Positions 28,224 through 37,924 of a stretch of DNA of 64,000 bases are shown piece after piece (position 1 is the first letter of the stretch; each line of letters starts with the position of its first letter). The translations under genes and the position numbers were made by a program. This stretch comes from Acidobacteriota bacterium (lineage in GTDB: Bacteria > Acidobacteriota > Terriglobia > Terriglobales > Acidobacteriaceae): positions 68,130-132,129 of the forward strand of contig JAJYVF010000015.1 of NCBI GenBank assembly GCA_021792135.1. Direction: 5' to 3'. A model generated the notes under the pieces. That model searched no databases and had not been told where the DNA came from. It was given only the letters and a program-made list of their open reading frames with translations.

Positions 28224-29039
28224 ATGAGGATCGCCTCGCTGCAGCCGAGCGTCAGCATTATTCTTGACCGTCTAGGCTGCCTCGATGCGCTCGTGGCCTG
28301 CACGGGCTACTGTCTGGCCGCGGTTCCGGCTCTGCGCGAGCGCAGCATCACTGTGGTCCGTGACTCCTGGTCCACGACGGCGGAGGAACTGATCGCACTC
28401 CGCCCCGATCTCGTCATCGCCTCGGTGCCGTACCGGCAGGAATCTCTTACGGCGATCCTGAAGGCAGGCTGCCCGGTGCTCGCGCTTGCGCCGCACTCGC
28501 TCGCAGACATCGAGCAGGACATCCGCCTCATCGCTTCCGTAGCGGGAGCCGTCGAGCGAGGCGGGGCAATCATCGCCGCAATGCGAGCTGCCGTTTCCCG
28601 GGTTCGCAAAGAAACGGCCCATTGCACCGCGAAGCCGCTGGTGTACTGCGAAGAGTGGGGAAAGCCGCTGATCCACTCGCAGTACTGGGTGAAGGAGCTG
28701 GTCGAGGCAGCCGGCGGCATATTTCTCGGCCAGCCCGGTGCTGTCACCACGCCCGAAGCTGTGGCCGAAGCCGACCCCGAGGTGGTGATTGCCGCCTGGT
28801 GCGGGGCCGGAGACCGCGTCCCCCTCCATCATCTGGCAGCTCGACCTGGCTGGCAGCGGATCCGGGCTGTGCGGAGCAGCCGCCTCTGCTGCATCGCCGA
28901 CGAACTGCTCAACACGCCCGCACCCACACTCATCGAAGGACTGCACGCGATCGCTGCCGCCCTGCATCCTGGCACTCTCGATGCCGGGCACGCCACCCGG
29001 CGGCACGGCGAGAATCGATCCAACTCCGAATGCGTCTAA
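28224..29039 (+). CDS. BtuF-like (Peripla_BP_2, helical-backbone) binding protein without obvious signal peptide
   Basis: RIASLQPSVSIILDRLGCLDALVACTGYC...LRPDLVIAS...AWCG resembles the cobalamin/siderophore-binding fold. The N-terminus is not hydrophobic. Confidence 0.7.
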   Translation: MRIASLQPSVSIILDRLGCLDALVACTGYCLAAVPALRERSITVVRDSWSTTAEELIALRPDLVIASVPYRQESLTAILKAGCPVLALAPHSLADIEQDIRLIASVAGAVERGGAIIAAMRAAVSRVRKETAHCTAKPLVYCEEWGKPLIHSQYWVKELVEAAGGIFLGQPGAVTTPEAVAEADPEVVIAAWCGAGDRVPLHHLAARPGWQRIRAVRSSRLCCIADELLNTPAPTLIEGLHAIAAALHPGTLDAGHATRRHGENRSNSECV

Positions 29040-29052
29040 ACTAGCGTTGAAG

Positions 29053-29484
29053 ATGGAGGGTACGGGACACAATGGACGGGAACCGAGGCCTCTCCGCTAC
29101 GTGGCGGCAGCGCTGATCCTGCGCGGTAACGAGGTGCTGATCTGCCAGCGCAAGGCGGGATCGCCGATGGGCCTGAAATGGGAGTTTCCCGGCGGCAAGA
29201 TCGAGGCCGGGGAATCCGCCGAGCAGGCTCTGCGCCGCGAGCTCGACGAGGAGTTGGGGATCCATGCCTCGATCGGGATCCGGATCGCTCATCTGCGCCA
29301 CAACTACCGCAACGGCGGCGCTGTGGATCTGCAGTTCTTTGCGGTGCACAGCTTCGAAGGCGAACTGGTGAACCGCGTCTTCGAGGGCATGCGCTGGTCG
29401 CCGCTGAAGGATCTGCCCGGCTACGACTTCCTGGCCGCCGACCGCGAACTGATTCGCGACCTGGCCGCGGGCAAGTTGCTCTGA
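29053..29484 (+). CDS. NUDIX hydrolase, MutT-like
   Basis: The Nudix box is GGKIEAGESAEQALRRELDEELGI, preceded by WEFPGG. In-frame ATG at 29053. Confidence 0.85.
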   Translation: MEGTGHNGREPRPLRYVAAALILRGNEVLICQRKAGSPMGLKWEFPGGKIEAGESAEQALRRELDEELGIHASIGIRIAHLRHNYRNGGAVDLQFFAVHSFEGELVNRVFEGMRWSPLKDLPGYDFLAADRELIRDLAAGKLL

Positions 29485-30735
29485 TCAGGATCCCGGCCAC
29501 CACTGCTGCACCATCAGGATGACGGAAAGAATGCTGACGATGATGGCTGTCACCCAGGCGGCGGCATTGAACCAGTGCGAATTGACGTGTTCGCCCATGA
29601 GGTCTTTGCGGTTGATGAGCAGCAGCATCAGAACGATGACCACCGGCAGCAGGATTCCGTTCAGCGCCTGCGATTCGATCGACCATTTGATGAGGGGAAA
29701 TTTCGGAATGAGCACCACCGCCGCTCCGCCGGCGATGAGCAGCGTGTAGAGCCAGTAGAAGAACGGCGCCTCATGCCAGCGCTTGTCCAGGCCGGATTCG
29801 ACACCGAGGCCTTCGCAGACCACGTAAGCCGTTGAGAGCGGAAGCACCGATGCGGCAAAGAAGCCGGCGTTAAAGAGCCCGAATGAGAAGAGAATAAAGG
29901 CGTACTGGCCGGCCAGGGGCTTCATGGCTTCGGCCGCCTCGGAAGGCTCCTGGATGGAACCAAGGCCATGGGCCCAGAGCGTGGCGGCGCAGGCAACGAT
30001 GATGAACCAGGCAACCACGTCGGTGAAGATCGAGCCCACAATCACATCCAGCCGCGACGCCGGGTAATTCTCCCGCGTCACGCCCTTTTCCACGATGGAG
30101 GATTGCAGGTAGAACTGCATCCACGGCGCGATGGTGGTGCCGATGACACTGACCACCATGAAGACGTAACCGGGATTGCCCAGCACCGCCGTCCGCGGCA
30201 GCCGGATGGTCGCGAGCGCCGCCGCATGCCATCCGGGGTGCGCCAGCACCCCGGCAATGATGTAGGTGAAGTAGAAGACCGAGGCGACCAGGAAGATCTT
30301 TTCGACGCTCTTGTAGTCGCCGCGGACTACCAGCAGCCAGACCAGGGCGGCGCAGATCGGCACGGAAATGTATTTCGACACGTGAAAGAGCTCAAGACTG
30401 CCGGCGATGCCGGAGAATTCGCCGATGACGTTGCCGAAGTTCACCAGCACCAGCAGAAACATAATGACGACGGTCAGCCGCAGCCCGAACTCCTCGCGGA
30501 TCAGGTCGCTCAGGCCCTTGCCCGTCACCGCGCCCATGCGCGCGCACATCTCCTGGACCACGATCAGGGCGAGCGTGACCGGAATCATGGTCCACAGAAG
30601 CGCATAGCCGAACTGTGCGCCAGCCTGGGAGTAGGTGAAGATGCCGTTGGGGTCGTTGTCGACGTTGGCGGTGATGAATCCCGGACCGAGGACGGCAAGG
30701 AAGAGCAGGATCCGGGTTCTCCATCGTTTCAGCAT
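29485..30735 (-). CDS. SLC11/Nramp-family transporter with non-canonical metal-site motifs
   Basis: Overall it matches Nramp (GPGFITANVDNDPNGIFTYSQAGAQFGYALLW). TM1 reads DPNG rather than DPGN. TM6 reads GTTIAPWMQFYLQS rather than GATVMPHNLYLHS. Confidence 0.85.
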   Translation of the reverse strand: MLKRWRTRILLFLAVLGPGFITANVDNDPNGIFTYSQAGAQFGYALLWTMIPVTLALIVVQEMCARMGAVTGKGLSDLIREEFGLRLTVVIMFLLVLVNFGNVIGEFSGIAGSLELFHVSKYISVPICAALVWLLVVRGDYKSVEKIFLVASVFYFTYIIAGVLAHPGWHAAALATIRLPRTAVLGNPGYVFMVVSVIGTTIAPWMQFYLQSSIVEKGVTRENYPASRLDVIVGSIFTDVVAWFIIVACAATLWAHGLGSIQEPSEAAEAMKPLAGQYAFILFSFGLFNAGFFAASVLPLSTAYVVCEGLGVESGLDKRWHEAPFFYWLYTLLIAGGAAVVLIPKFPLIKWSIESQALNGILLPVVIVLMLLLINRKDLMGEHVNSHWFNAAAWVTAIIVSILSVILMVQQWWPGS

Positions 30736-30895
30736 CAGGGCACGGTCTCGGTGCGCGGGACTCCGAGCCCGCCGGCCCGGTCGATCAGAGGAGGAAGCAA
30801 AACCTCAGTTTAGGCGAGGAGCCGCTGTTTCGCCCAATGATTTGGCGCAGGTATCTCCGCCTGTATCCGGAGCTTTCTGTAGACTGACATTCAGC

Positions 30896-33142
30896 ATGAT
30901 TTCAGGCCGGACCGTACTCTTGCCCCGTTTCGCCGTGCTGCCTCTTTTTGCAGCCTGCATGCTCTTCTCCTTTACTCCCGTGGCTCGAGCCCAGGGAACG
31001 CGGCTGTGGACCGAATCGACCTTTGAGGAGTTTGAGCGCGGCACGCCCAGTGGGGTTGCGATCACCAGTGACGGCCATCTGGTGCCCGGGCCGGAGAGCA
31101 GGGCGCTGTTCACCACCCCATCCACTTACGTCTGGGCGGTGGCCACGGATCGCGCGGGCGATGCCTATCTGGCCACAGGAACACCGGCAACCGTGCTGCG
31201 CGTCGGGCCGGATGGCAGGTCGACGACGCTGTTTACCAGCCACGACATGAGCGTGCAGACGGTTCGCGTCGGCCCGGATGGGTCGGTTTACGCAGCCACT
31301 TTGCCCTCGGGCAAGGTCTACAAACTCGATGCGCACGGCAGGAACATAACCGATGACAACGCGGCGGTGATCTTCGACCCGGGCAGCACACCGGAAAAAC
31401 CGAAATATGTCTGGGATCTCGCCTTCGACGCACAGGGCCGGCTGTACGTCGCCACAGGCGCTCCTGCGGCGATCTACCGGGTAACCCACGGAGGCAAGCC
31501 CGAGCTTTTTTTCAAGAGCGACGACGAGCATATCCGCTCGCTGGCTTTCGACAAGGCGGGTAACCTGATCGCCGGCTCTGACGGGACGGGTCTCATCTAC
31601 CGCATCGATCCGGCCGGAAAGGCCTTCGTTCTGTACGATTCGCCCAAGAAGGAAATCACCTCCATCGTCGTCGCTCCGGACGGCACGATTTACGCTGCCG
31701 GGGTGGGCGACAAAGGCCGCAACAACCTGCCGCCGCTGCCGGTGACCGGACAGGCGACGGTGACGGCGACCATCACCATCGTACAGCCCGGCTCAGTGCA
31801 GGCCTTCAGCGGCAATACGCTGATTCCCGAAGGATCGGAACTCTACGAGATTCCCCAGGGGAACGGAGCGCCGCGGCGGATCTGGGCCGGACACGACGAC
31901 ATCGTCTACTCGCTGGTCTGGACTCCGGACGGCGTGCTGGCGGCGACCGGCAACCGCGGGCGGATTTACCGCATTCATGACGATGGCACTTTTGCGGACA
32001 TCGCCCATCTGGAGGCTTCGCAGGTGACCGGGTTCGCTGATTCGCCGCAGGGGATCTACGCGGGCACAGCCAATGCGGGGAAGCTCTATCTGCTGAGCCA
32101 CGGTGAAGCGCCGGAGGGAAGCTATGTCAGCGAGGTCTTCGACGCCGGTGTCTTCGCGCAATGGGGGCGCGCGGAAGTGGAGGTCGGAGCCGGTCCGCAG
32201 GGTTCTGCGTTCCAGATGTATGCCCGCGCCGGAAATATCGAGAACCCGCAGCGCGCCTGGGGCGACTGGAAGGAGTTCACGCCGAATACCGGCTCCGTCG
32301 GAACCGGCTCCTCGCGATTCATGCAGTGGAAGGTGGTGGAACATCCCGGAAGCTCCGTCGGCTCCGTAGGCGTCAATTACCTGCCGGTCAATTTGCCCCC
32401 GGTGGTGGACGAGATCGTGGTGGTTCCCGGAGCGCGGGCCACTTCGATGACGCAGTCGCCCGGGCAGCCGCAGCAGATCACCATCAACCTGCCCTCCACC
32501 CAGAACTCCGGGATCAACTACGTGCAGGAGCCCGGAAGAGAACCGCTGTCCGCCGTCAAGGATCGCAGCGCGGTGACGGTCCGCTGGGCAGCCCACGACG
32601 ACAACGGCGACGAGCTGAGTTTTGCTCTCTATTACCGCGGCGCAGGAGAGCGCAACTGGGAACTCCTGCGCGACCACATTCGCGAGCGGTTTTACTCCTT
32701 CGATGCCTCGCAGCTGCCGGACGGCAGTTACCGCGTCAAGCTCGTCGCCAGCGACGCTCCCTCCCATAACCCAGGAGAGGCACTGAGCGGCAACCGCGTC
32801 AGCGAGGAATTCCTGATCGATACGACGCCCCCGGTGGTGAGTGGGATCGAGGCTCATTTCGTCAACGGCAAAATCCATGCCTCGCTGACCGCGACCGATG
32901 CAACCTCGCCCGTTTCCCGCGCGGAATACGCGGTCGATGCGGGCCGCTGGCATTACGTTGCGCCGGTCGGCAATATCGCCGATTCGCTGACGGAGCGCTT
33001 CGACTTCGATGCACCGCTGCCGCCGTGCCGGCCCGGAGCCGTCCCCCCCGTCGACGCCAGTGAGCATGTGATTGCCATTCGCGTCTTCGACCGGTACGAC
33101 AACACGGTTACAGTGAAGGCGGTCGTCCGGTCGACCCAATGA
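30896..33142 (+). CDS. Secreted beta-propeller repeat protein with C-terminal Ig/FlgD-like region (hypothetical)
   Basis: ATG at 30896 with a signal peptide ending ARA-QG. Repeated ...DG.vY.at... blades include DRAGDAYLATG, GPDGSVYAAT, DAQGRLYVATG, DKAGNLIAGS and APDGTIYAAG. The stop overlaps the next start (ATGA at 33139-33142). Confidence 0.65.
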   Translation: MISGRTVLLPRFAVLPLFAACMLFSFTPVARAQGTRLWTESTFEEFERGTPSGVAITSDGHLVPGPESRALFTTPSTYVWAVATDRAGDAYLATGTPATVLRVGPDGRSTTLFTSHDMSVQTVRVGPDGSVYAATLPSGKVYKLDAHGRNITDDNAAVIFDPGSTPEKPKYVWDLAFDAQGRLYVATGAPAAIYRVTHGGKPELFFKSDDEHIRSLAFDKAGNLIAGSDGTGLIYRIDPAGKAFVLYDSPKKEITSIVVAPDGTIYAAGVGDKGRNNLPPLPVTGQATVTATITIVQPGSVQAFSGNTLIPEGSELYEIPQGNGAPRRIWAGHDDIVYSLVWTPDGVLAATGNRGRIYRIHDDGTFADIAHLEASQVTGFADSPQGIYAGTANAGKLYLLSHGEAPEGSYVSEVFDAGVFAQWGRAEVEVGAGPQGSAFQMYARAGNIENPQRAWGDWKEFTPNTGSVGTGSSRFMQWKVVEHPGSSVGSVGVNYLPVNLPPVVDEIVVVPGARATSMTQSPGQPQQITINLPSTQNSGINYVQEPGREPLSAVKDRSAVTVRWAAHDDNGDELSFALYYRGAGERNWELLRDHIRERFYSFDASQLPDGSYRVKLVASDAPSHNPGEALSGNRVSEEFLIDTTPPVVSGIEAHFVNGKIHASLTATDATSPVSRAEYAVDAGRWHYVAPVGNIADSLTERFDFDAPLPPCRPGAVPPVDASEHVIAIRVFDRYDNTVTVKAVVRSTQ

Positions 33143-34389
33143 AGTTTGAGTTCTTTATCGCCGCCCGCTATCTCCGGGCCAGGCGCCGGCAGGCGGTGAT
33201 CGGCGTCATTACCTGGATCTCCATTGTGGGAGTTGCCGTGGGGGTGGCCTCGCTGATCATCGCGCTGGCCATCACCAACGGAACCAGGCGCGATCTGCAG
33301 GACCGCCTGCTCAGCTCCACATCACATGTGGACCTGATGCGCACCATGGGCGACGGCATCCGCGACTGGCGGCCGCTGCTTGCCCGGCTGAGGCGCCTGC
33401 CGCACGTCGTCGCCGCCGCGCCAGGCCTGTACGAGCCGGTGCTGATTTCGCGCGGGGCGCGGGCCGGCGGGGCCATGCTCAAAGGCATCATTCCCTCGGA
33501 AGAGCGCACCGTGTCGGACATGCTCAATCAGATCACGGCCGGGTCGGTGGCTCCGCTCAGCATCAAGACGAACACGAAAGACCACGCCGGGGAGCGCACA
33601 CCGCCCATCGTCATCGGCAGCGATCTTGCGGACTCCATCGGAGCCACGGTCGGCAACACCGTCATGGTCACCAGCCCCCAGGGCGACCTGACGCCGTACG
33701 GCATCACGCCCAAATACCAGCGCTTTCAGGTCGTGGCTCTCTTTCACTCGGGGTTCTATCAGTACGACTCGAGCTATGGGTTCGTCCGCATGGCCGACGC
33801 GCAGGCGCTCTTCGGCGAGCCGGACGTGATCTCGATCGTCTCCTTCCGGGTCGACGACCTGTACCGAGCCGACGTCATCGGCAACGAAATCGAGAAAGCT
33901 GCCGGCCCGGGCTTTACCACCACGAACTGGATGGAGCAGAACCGGGAGCTGTTCCGCGCTCTGAGGCTCGAACAGATTGTTACGTTCATCGTGATCGGGC
34001 TGATCGTCTGCGTCGCGGCCCTGAATATCCTGATCGCCCTGACCATGATGGTGATGGAGAAAACGAAGGATATTGCGGTACTGATGTCCATGGGTGTGCA
34101 GCCCGGGCAGGTTCGCCGGATTTTCCTGTTCCAGGGGCTGCTGATCAGCGTCATCGGGACAGTGTTCGGGCTGATCCTCGGCTACACCGTCTCTTTTCTG
34201 GGCCAGCATTACCGCTTCATCCCGCTTTCCGCCGATGTTTATTCCCTGGACTATCTCCCCTTCGCGCCTCGCATCATACATGGCGTTGCTGTGACAGCTC
34301 TGTCCCTGGGCGTCTCCCTGCTGGCGACCCTCTACCCGTCCAGTTCGGCGGCTCGCGTTCTTCCCGCCGAGGCTCTTCGCTACGAGTAG
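33139..34389 (+). CDS. LolC/LolE-type (FtsX/MacB-fold) ABC permease
   Basis: MKFEFFIAARYLRARRRQAVIGVITWISIVGVAVGV is the canonical LolC/E N-terminus, followed by a periplasmic domain and three C-terminal TM helices. Confidence 0.85.
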   Translation: MKFEFFIAARYLRARRRQAVIGVITWISIVGVAVGVASLIIALAITNGTRRDLQDRLLSSTSHVDLMRTMGDGIRDWRPLLARLRRLPHVVAAAPGLYEPVLISRGARAGGAMLKGIIPSEERTVSDMLNQITAGSVAPLSIKTNTKDHAGERTPPIVIGSDLADSIGATVGNTVMVTSPQGDLTPYGITPKYQRFQVVALFHSGFYQYDSSYGFVRMADAQALFGEPDVISIVSFRVDDLYRADVIGNEIEKAAGPGFTTTNWMEQNRELFRALRLEQIVTFIVIGLIVCVAALNILIALTMMVMEKTKDIAVLMSMGVQPGQVRRIFLFQGLLISVIGTVFGLILGYTVSFLGQHYRFIPLSADVYSLDYLPFAPRIIHGVAVTALSLGVSLLATLYPSSSAARVLPAEALRYE

Positions 34390-34432
34390 CCGCCCCGCGG
34401 AGCTTCGGCCCGACCAAGGAAAGCGCGAAAGA

Positions 34433-35707
34433 ATGAAAGTGCATGCCGGAATCTTCACCCTTTGCGCGCTGCTCGCCGCGCCGGTTTGCTTCGGGTATTC
34501 CTTCCTCACCCACGAGACCATCGTCGACATGGCCTGGGACCACTCCATCAAGCCCGTGTTGCTGAGCCGCTTCCCGAGCGCCACCCCGCAGCAGCTGGTT
34601 GAGGCACACGCTTACGCCTACGGGGGATCCTGCATCCAGGATGCCGGGTACTACCCCTTCGGGCAACCGGGTTTCAGCGACCTGACGCACTATGTCCGGA
34701 CGGGGGATTTCATTACCAATCTCATCCGCGAAGCTCATACCATCGACGAGCTGGCCTTTGCCCTCGGCGCTCTCTCGCATTACGTCGGCGACACCGTCGG
34801 CCACAAGGACGCGGTCAATATCGCCGTCCCCCAGGAATTCCCGGGGCTCGAACAGAAATATGGCCCCGTTGTCACCTATGAAGAGAACCCGCACGCCCAC
34901 GTTCGCACCGAATTCGCCTTCGACATCGATCAACTCGGCCACGCGCGTTTCGCCCCGGCCGCCTATTACCGCCGGGTCGGCTTCCGCGTTCCCAAGCGGT
35001 TAATGGAGCGAGCCTTTTACGACACCTACGGCCTGAGACTGCACAGCGTCATCGGCAACGAGTTTGCCGCGTTCCGCAGCTATACCTGGGCCGTCCGGCA
35101 GTTCCTGCCGAGGATGGCCTATGCCGAGGTGCTGCTTCATCGGAAGGATTTTCCACGCGATGAGGATGGGACCGACTTCCGACAATTTCGCGGCCGGCTG
35201 GAGGCTACCGATATCGCCCATCACTGGGAAACCTACCGGCAGCACAAACCCAGCTTCAGAACCCGCATCCTGGCCATGCTGATCTTTCTAACCCCAAAGA
35301 TCGGAGTCCTCTCCGACCTGGCAGTTCGGGGGCCGAAGATCGACACCGAAAAAGATTATGTGACGAGCGTAGATCTGGCCATGGACGAGTATGGCCACCT
35401 TCTCGATCAACTGGCCCACAAGGGACGCGACGGCTTTTCGGTGCCGGATCTCGATCTGGATACCGGCTATCCCAGCCAGCCCGGCACCTACCGCCTCACA
35501 GACGAGACCTATGCGAGTCTGCTGCACCGCGTCACGGCGAACAAGGCGCGACCCCCCATCGGCCTGCGGCAGAACATCCTCGCCTTCTACGCCCATCCCA
35601 ATGCTCCCATCGCGACGAAGCGCAGCCGCCGCAAGTGGGCGCGAGTCCAGAAAGAGCTGGCCATTCTCCGCGCCATGCCGGCCGCCCGCATCCCGCACGC
35701 GCAGTGA
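34433..35707 (+). CDS. Zinc-dependent phospholipase C-family protein (secreted)
   Basis: Signal peptide, then SFLTHETIVDMAWD and ALSHYVGDTVGH His-rich motifs typical of the Zn-PLC superfamily. Confidence 0.65.
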   Translation: MKVHAGIFTLCALLAAPVCFGYSFLTHETIVDMAWDHSIKPVLLSRFPSATPQQLVEAHAYAYGGSCIQDAGYYPFGQPGFSDLTHYVRTGDFITNLIREAHTIDELAFALGALSHYVGDTVGHKDAVNIAVPQEFPGLEQKYGPVVTYEENPHAHVRTEFAFDIDQLGHARFAPAAYYRRVGFRVPKRLMERAFYDTYGLRLHSVIGNEFAAFRSYTWAVRQFLPRMAYAEVLLHRKDFPRDEDGTDFRQFRGRLEATDIAHHWETYRQHKPSFRTRILAMLIFLTPKIGVLSDLAVRGPKIDTEKDYVTSVDLAMDEYGHLLDQLAHKGRDGFSVPDLDLDTGYPSQPGTYRLTDETYASLLHRVTANKARPPIGLRQNILAFYAHPNAPIATKRSRRKWARVQKELAILRAMPAARIPHAQ

Positions 35708-35814
35708 GAATCGGCCGCCGCGGCAAGGGGCCGGTCCGGTGCCAATCCCGCGAGCCGGGAGGAGCCAGCGGCGGCTGACCGCATCCGCCCCGTGCAGCGT
35801 GTATCCTGCTCATC

Positions 35815-36645
35815 ATGCAGCGGATCCTTACGGCCATCATTCTGGTCCCCCTGGTTCTTGTGCTGGTCTTTCTTTCCCCGAAGCAGCCTCTGGCCCTGAT
35901 GGGTGTAGTCCTCCTGGTCGCGATACTGGCCACCTGGGAGTATCTGGGCCTGGCGGACGCCATGGGCGCAAGAACGCCCCGGATCGCAGTGCTGATCTGC
36001 TTGTTCATCCTGTTTGCGGCGATCTTTCGCCGCCCGGACCTGACGGCCCCGGTGACCGAATGCCTGTCGCTGGCGCTGTTCATCGTATGCGCCTTCCGCT
36101 CGCCGGTGAATCGGGTTCTTCCCGACACGGCCTACTCGGTTTTTGGGCTGCTCTATATCGGGCTGTCGATGAGCACGCTTTATCTCTTGTCCACTCAGGA
36201 AAACGGGCCCTCGCTGCTGCTGTTTCTCTTCCTGGTGGTCTGGAGCGGCGATATAGCCGCACTCTGTATTGGCCGGAGTTTGGGGCGACGGAAGCTGGCT
36301 CCGTCGCTGAGCCCGAACAAGACCTGGGAAGGCAGCTTCGCCTCGATGGTCGGCAGTGTGCTGGTGGCGATGCTGCTTTTCTGGCTGGCGGGCTATCTGG
36401 TGCAGAGCAACATCGAGGTGCTGACCTACCCCGGATCGCTGGGGCACTGGCTGGAACTCGCTGTCCTGCTCAACGTTGCCGCACAGGTCGGAGATCTGGT
36501 GGAATCCTCCCTCAAACGCGGCGCTGGCGTGAAGGATTCAGGACGCCTGCTGCCGGGGCACGGCGGCATGCTGGACCGGGTCGATGCCCTGCTGCTGGCG
36601 GCTCCCGTGCTGTGGTACGCTCAGTTAGCGCAGCAGTCGATGTAG
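35815..36645 (+). CDS. cdsA: Phosphatidate cytidylyltransferase
   Basis: SPNKTWEGSFASMVGS ... GDLVESSLKRGAGVKDSGRLLPGHGGMLDRVD signature. Confidence 0.9.
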   Translation: MQRILTAIILVPLVLVLVFLSPKQPLALMGVVLLVAILATWEYLGLADAMGARTPRIAVLICLFILFAAIFRRPDLTAPVTECLSLALFIVCAFRSPVNRVLPDTAYSVFGLLYIGLSMSTLYLLSTQENGPSLLLFLFLVVWSGDIAALCIGRSLGRRKLAPSLSPNKTWEGSFASMVGSVLVAMLLFWLAGYLVQSNIEVLTYPGSLGHWLELAVLLNVAAQVGDLVESSLKRGAGVKDSGRLLPGHGGMLDRVDALLLAAPVLWYAQLAQQSM

Positions 36646-36672
36646 TCCCCTGTCGATGGACGTAAACTCCTG

Positions 36673-37872
36673 ATGGCTGAAGACTTTCCTCACCTGAAGC
36701 ATGTCGCCATTCTGGGATCCACCGGCTCCATCGGCCGGAGCACTCTGAGCATCATCGAAAGCTATCCGCAACGGTTCGCGGTTGCGTCGCTCGCTGCCGG
36801 CCGCAATGTGCAGGCCGCGTACGAGCAATGCCTTCGCTGGCGGCCGCGGCTGGTTTCGCTGGCGACGGAGGAACTTGCCGCGGAACTGCAGCGGCGCCTC
36901 CGCGCCGAGGGGCTTACCGGGATTCAGGTTCGTTGGGGGACGCAGGGCACGGTCGAAGCGGCGACCCTTCCCGAGGCGGATTTCGTGGTCTCGGCAATTG
37001 TGGGTGTTGCCGGCCTCGAAGCAACCTTTGCCGCCGTCCAGGCCCGCAAGACCATCGGACTGGCGAACAAGGAAGCCATGGTGGCGGCGGGGGAAATCCT
37101 GACTGCCGCGGCACGGGAGAAGGATGTTGCCCTGCTGCCCATCGACTCCGAGCACAATGCCATTCACCAGTGCATGCGCGCCGGACGGCGCTCCGAGGTG
37201 CGGCAGATCTGGCTAACGGCGTCCGGCGGGCCGTTCCGCACCCTGCCGATCGAGGATTTTGACAAAATTACGGTGGAGCGGGCGCTGCGTCACCCCACCT
37301 GGGCGATGGGACGCCGGATCACCATCGATTCGGCAACGATGCTCAATAAGGGTCTGGAGATCATCGAGGCCTGCCGCCTCTTCGATCTGCCGCCTTCGGC
37401 GGTCAGGGTTACGGTTCATCCGCAGTCCACGGTCCATTCGCTGGTCGAGTACGTAGATGGAAGCCTGCTGGCGCAGATCTCGGTGACCGACATGCGGCTG
37501 CCGATCCTCTACGCCCTCAGCTATCCCGAGCGCGCGCCGTCGAACCTGCGTTTTGATATGACGCAATTATCAGAGCTCAATTTCGAGCAGCCGGATTTTG
37601 CCCGCTTCCCCTGCCTGCGCCTGGCCTATCAGGCGGCAGAAAAGGGCGGGGCTCACGCCATTGCCCTCAACGCCGCGGACGAGGTTGCCGTCGAAGCCTT
37701 TCTGGAACACGCCATTCCGTTTACGGGCATTGCGGATACAATAGAGAAGGTGCTCGAGACAACCCCCGAGTCGCATCCGGCGACGATTGAAGAGGTACTT
37801 TGTCTGGACAGCCGGGCTCGCGAGCTGGCTCGATGGGTCCTGGCGAAACGCGGGGCTTCTCGTCGCCGCTGA
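36673..37872 (+). CDS. dxr: 1-deoxy-D-xylulose-5-phosphate reductoisomerase
   Basis: ILGSTGSIGRSTL, LANKEAMV, IDSEHNAIHQC and HPTWAMG are all present. Confidence 0.95.
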   Translation: MAEDFPHLKHVAILGSTGSIGRSTLSIIESYPQRFAVASLAAGRNVQAAYEQCLRWRPRLVSLATEELAAELQRRLRAEGLTGIQVRWGTQGTVEAATLPEADFVVSAIVGVAGLEATFAAVQARKTIGLANKEAMVAAGEILTAAAREKDVALLPIDSEHNAIHQCMRAGRRSEVRQIWLTASGGPFRTLPIEDFDKITVERALRHPTWAMGRRITIDSATMLNKGLEIIEACRLFDLPPSAVRVTVHPQSTVHSLVEYVDGSLLAQISVTDMRLPILYALSYPERAPSNLRFDMTQLSELNFEQPDFARFPCLRLAYQAAEKGGAHAIALNAADEVAVEAFLEHAIPFTGIADTIEKVLETTPESHPATIEEVLCLDSRARELARWVLAKRGASRRR

Positions 37873-37924
37873 CATCTTTACTGGTGTACACTGCGCAGTT
37901 TGCGGGCTGGTCTCGGTTCTCTCT

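Noticed and set aside
29482-29487. TGATCA formed by abutting convergent stop codons (NUDIX / Nramp). Overlapping convergent stops also occur at 53065-53068.
   Set aside because: These are real in the sequence but most likely coincidental consequences of tight gene packing. No further structure surrounds them.
30736-30895. Possible Mn2+ (yybP-ykoY) riboswitch upstream of the Nramp gene.
   Set aside because: I found no recognisable conserved four-helix pattern. The transporter itself lacks Mn-type ligands.
35391-36665. 424-aa ORF overlapping cdsA in another frame.
   Set aside because: The cdsA frame carries the full cytidylyltransferase signature. The alternative frame is Pro/Arg/Gly-rich with no motif.
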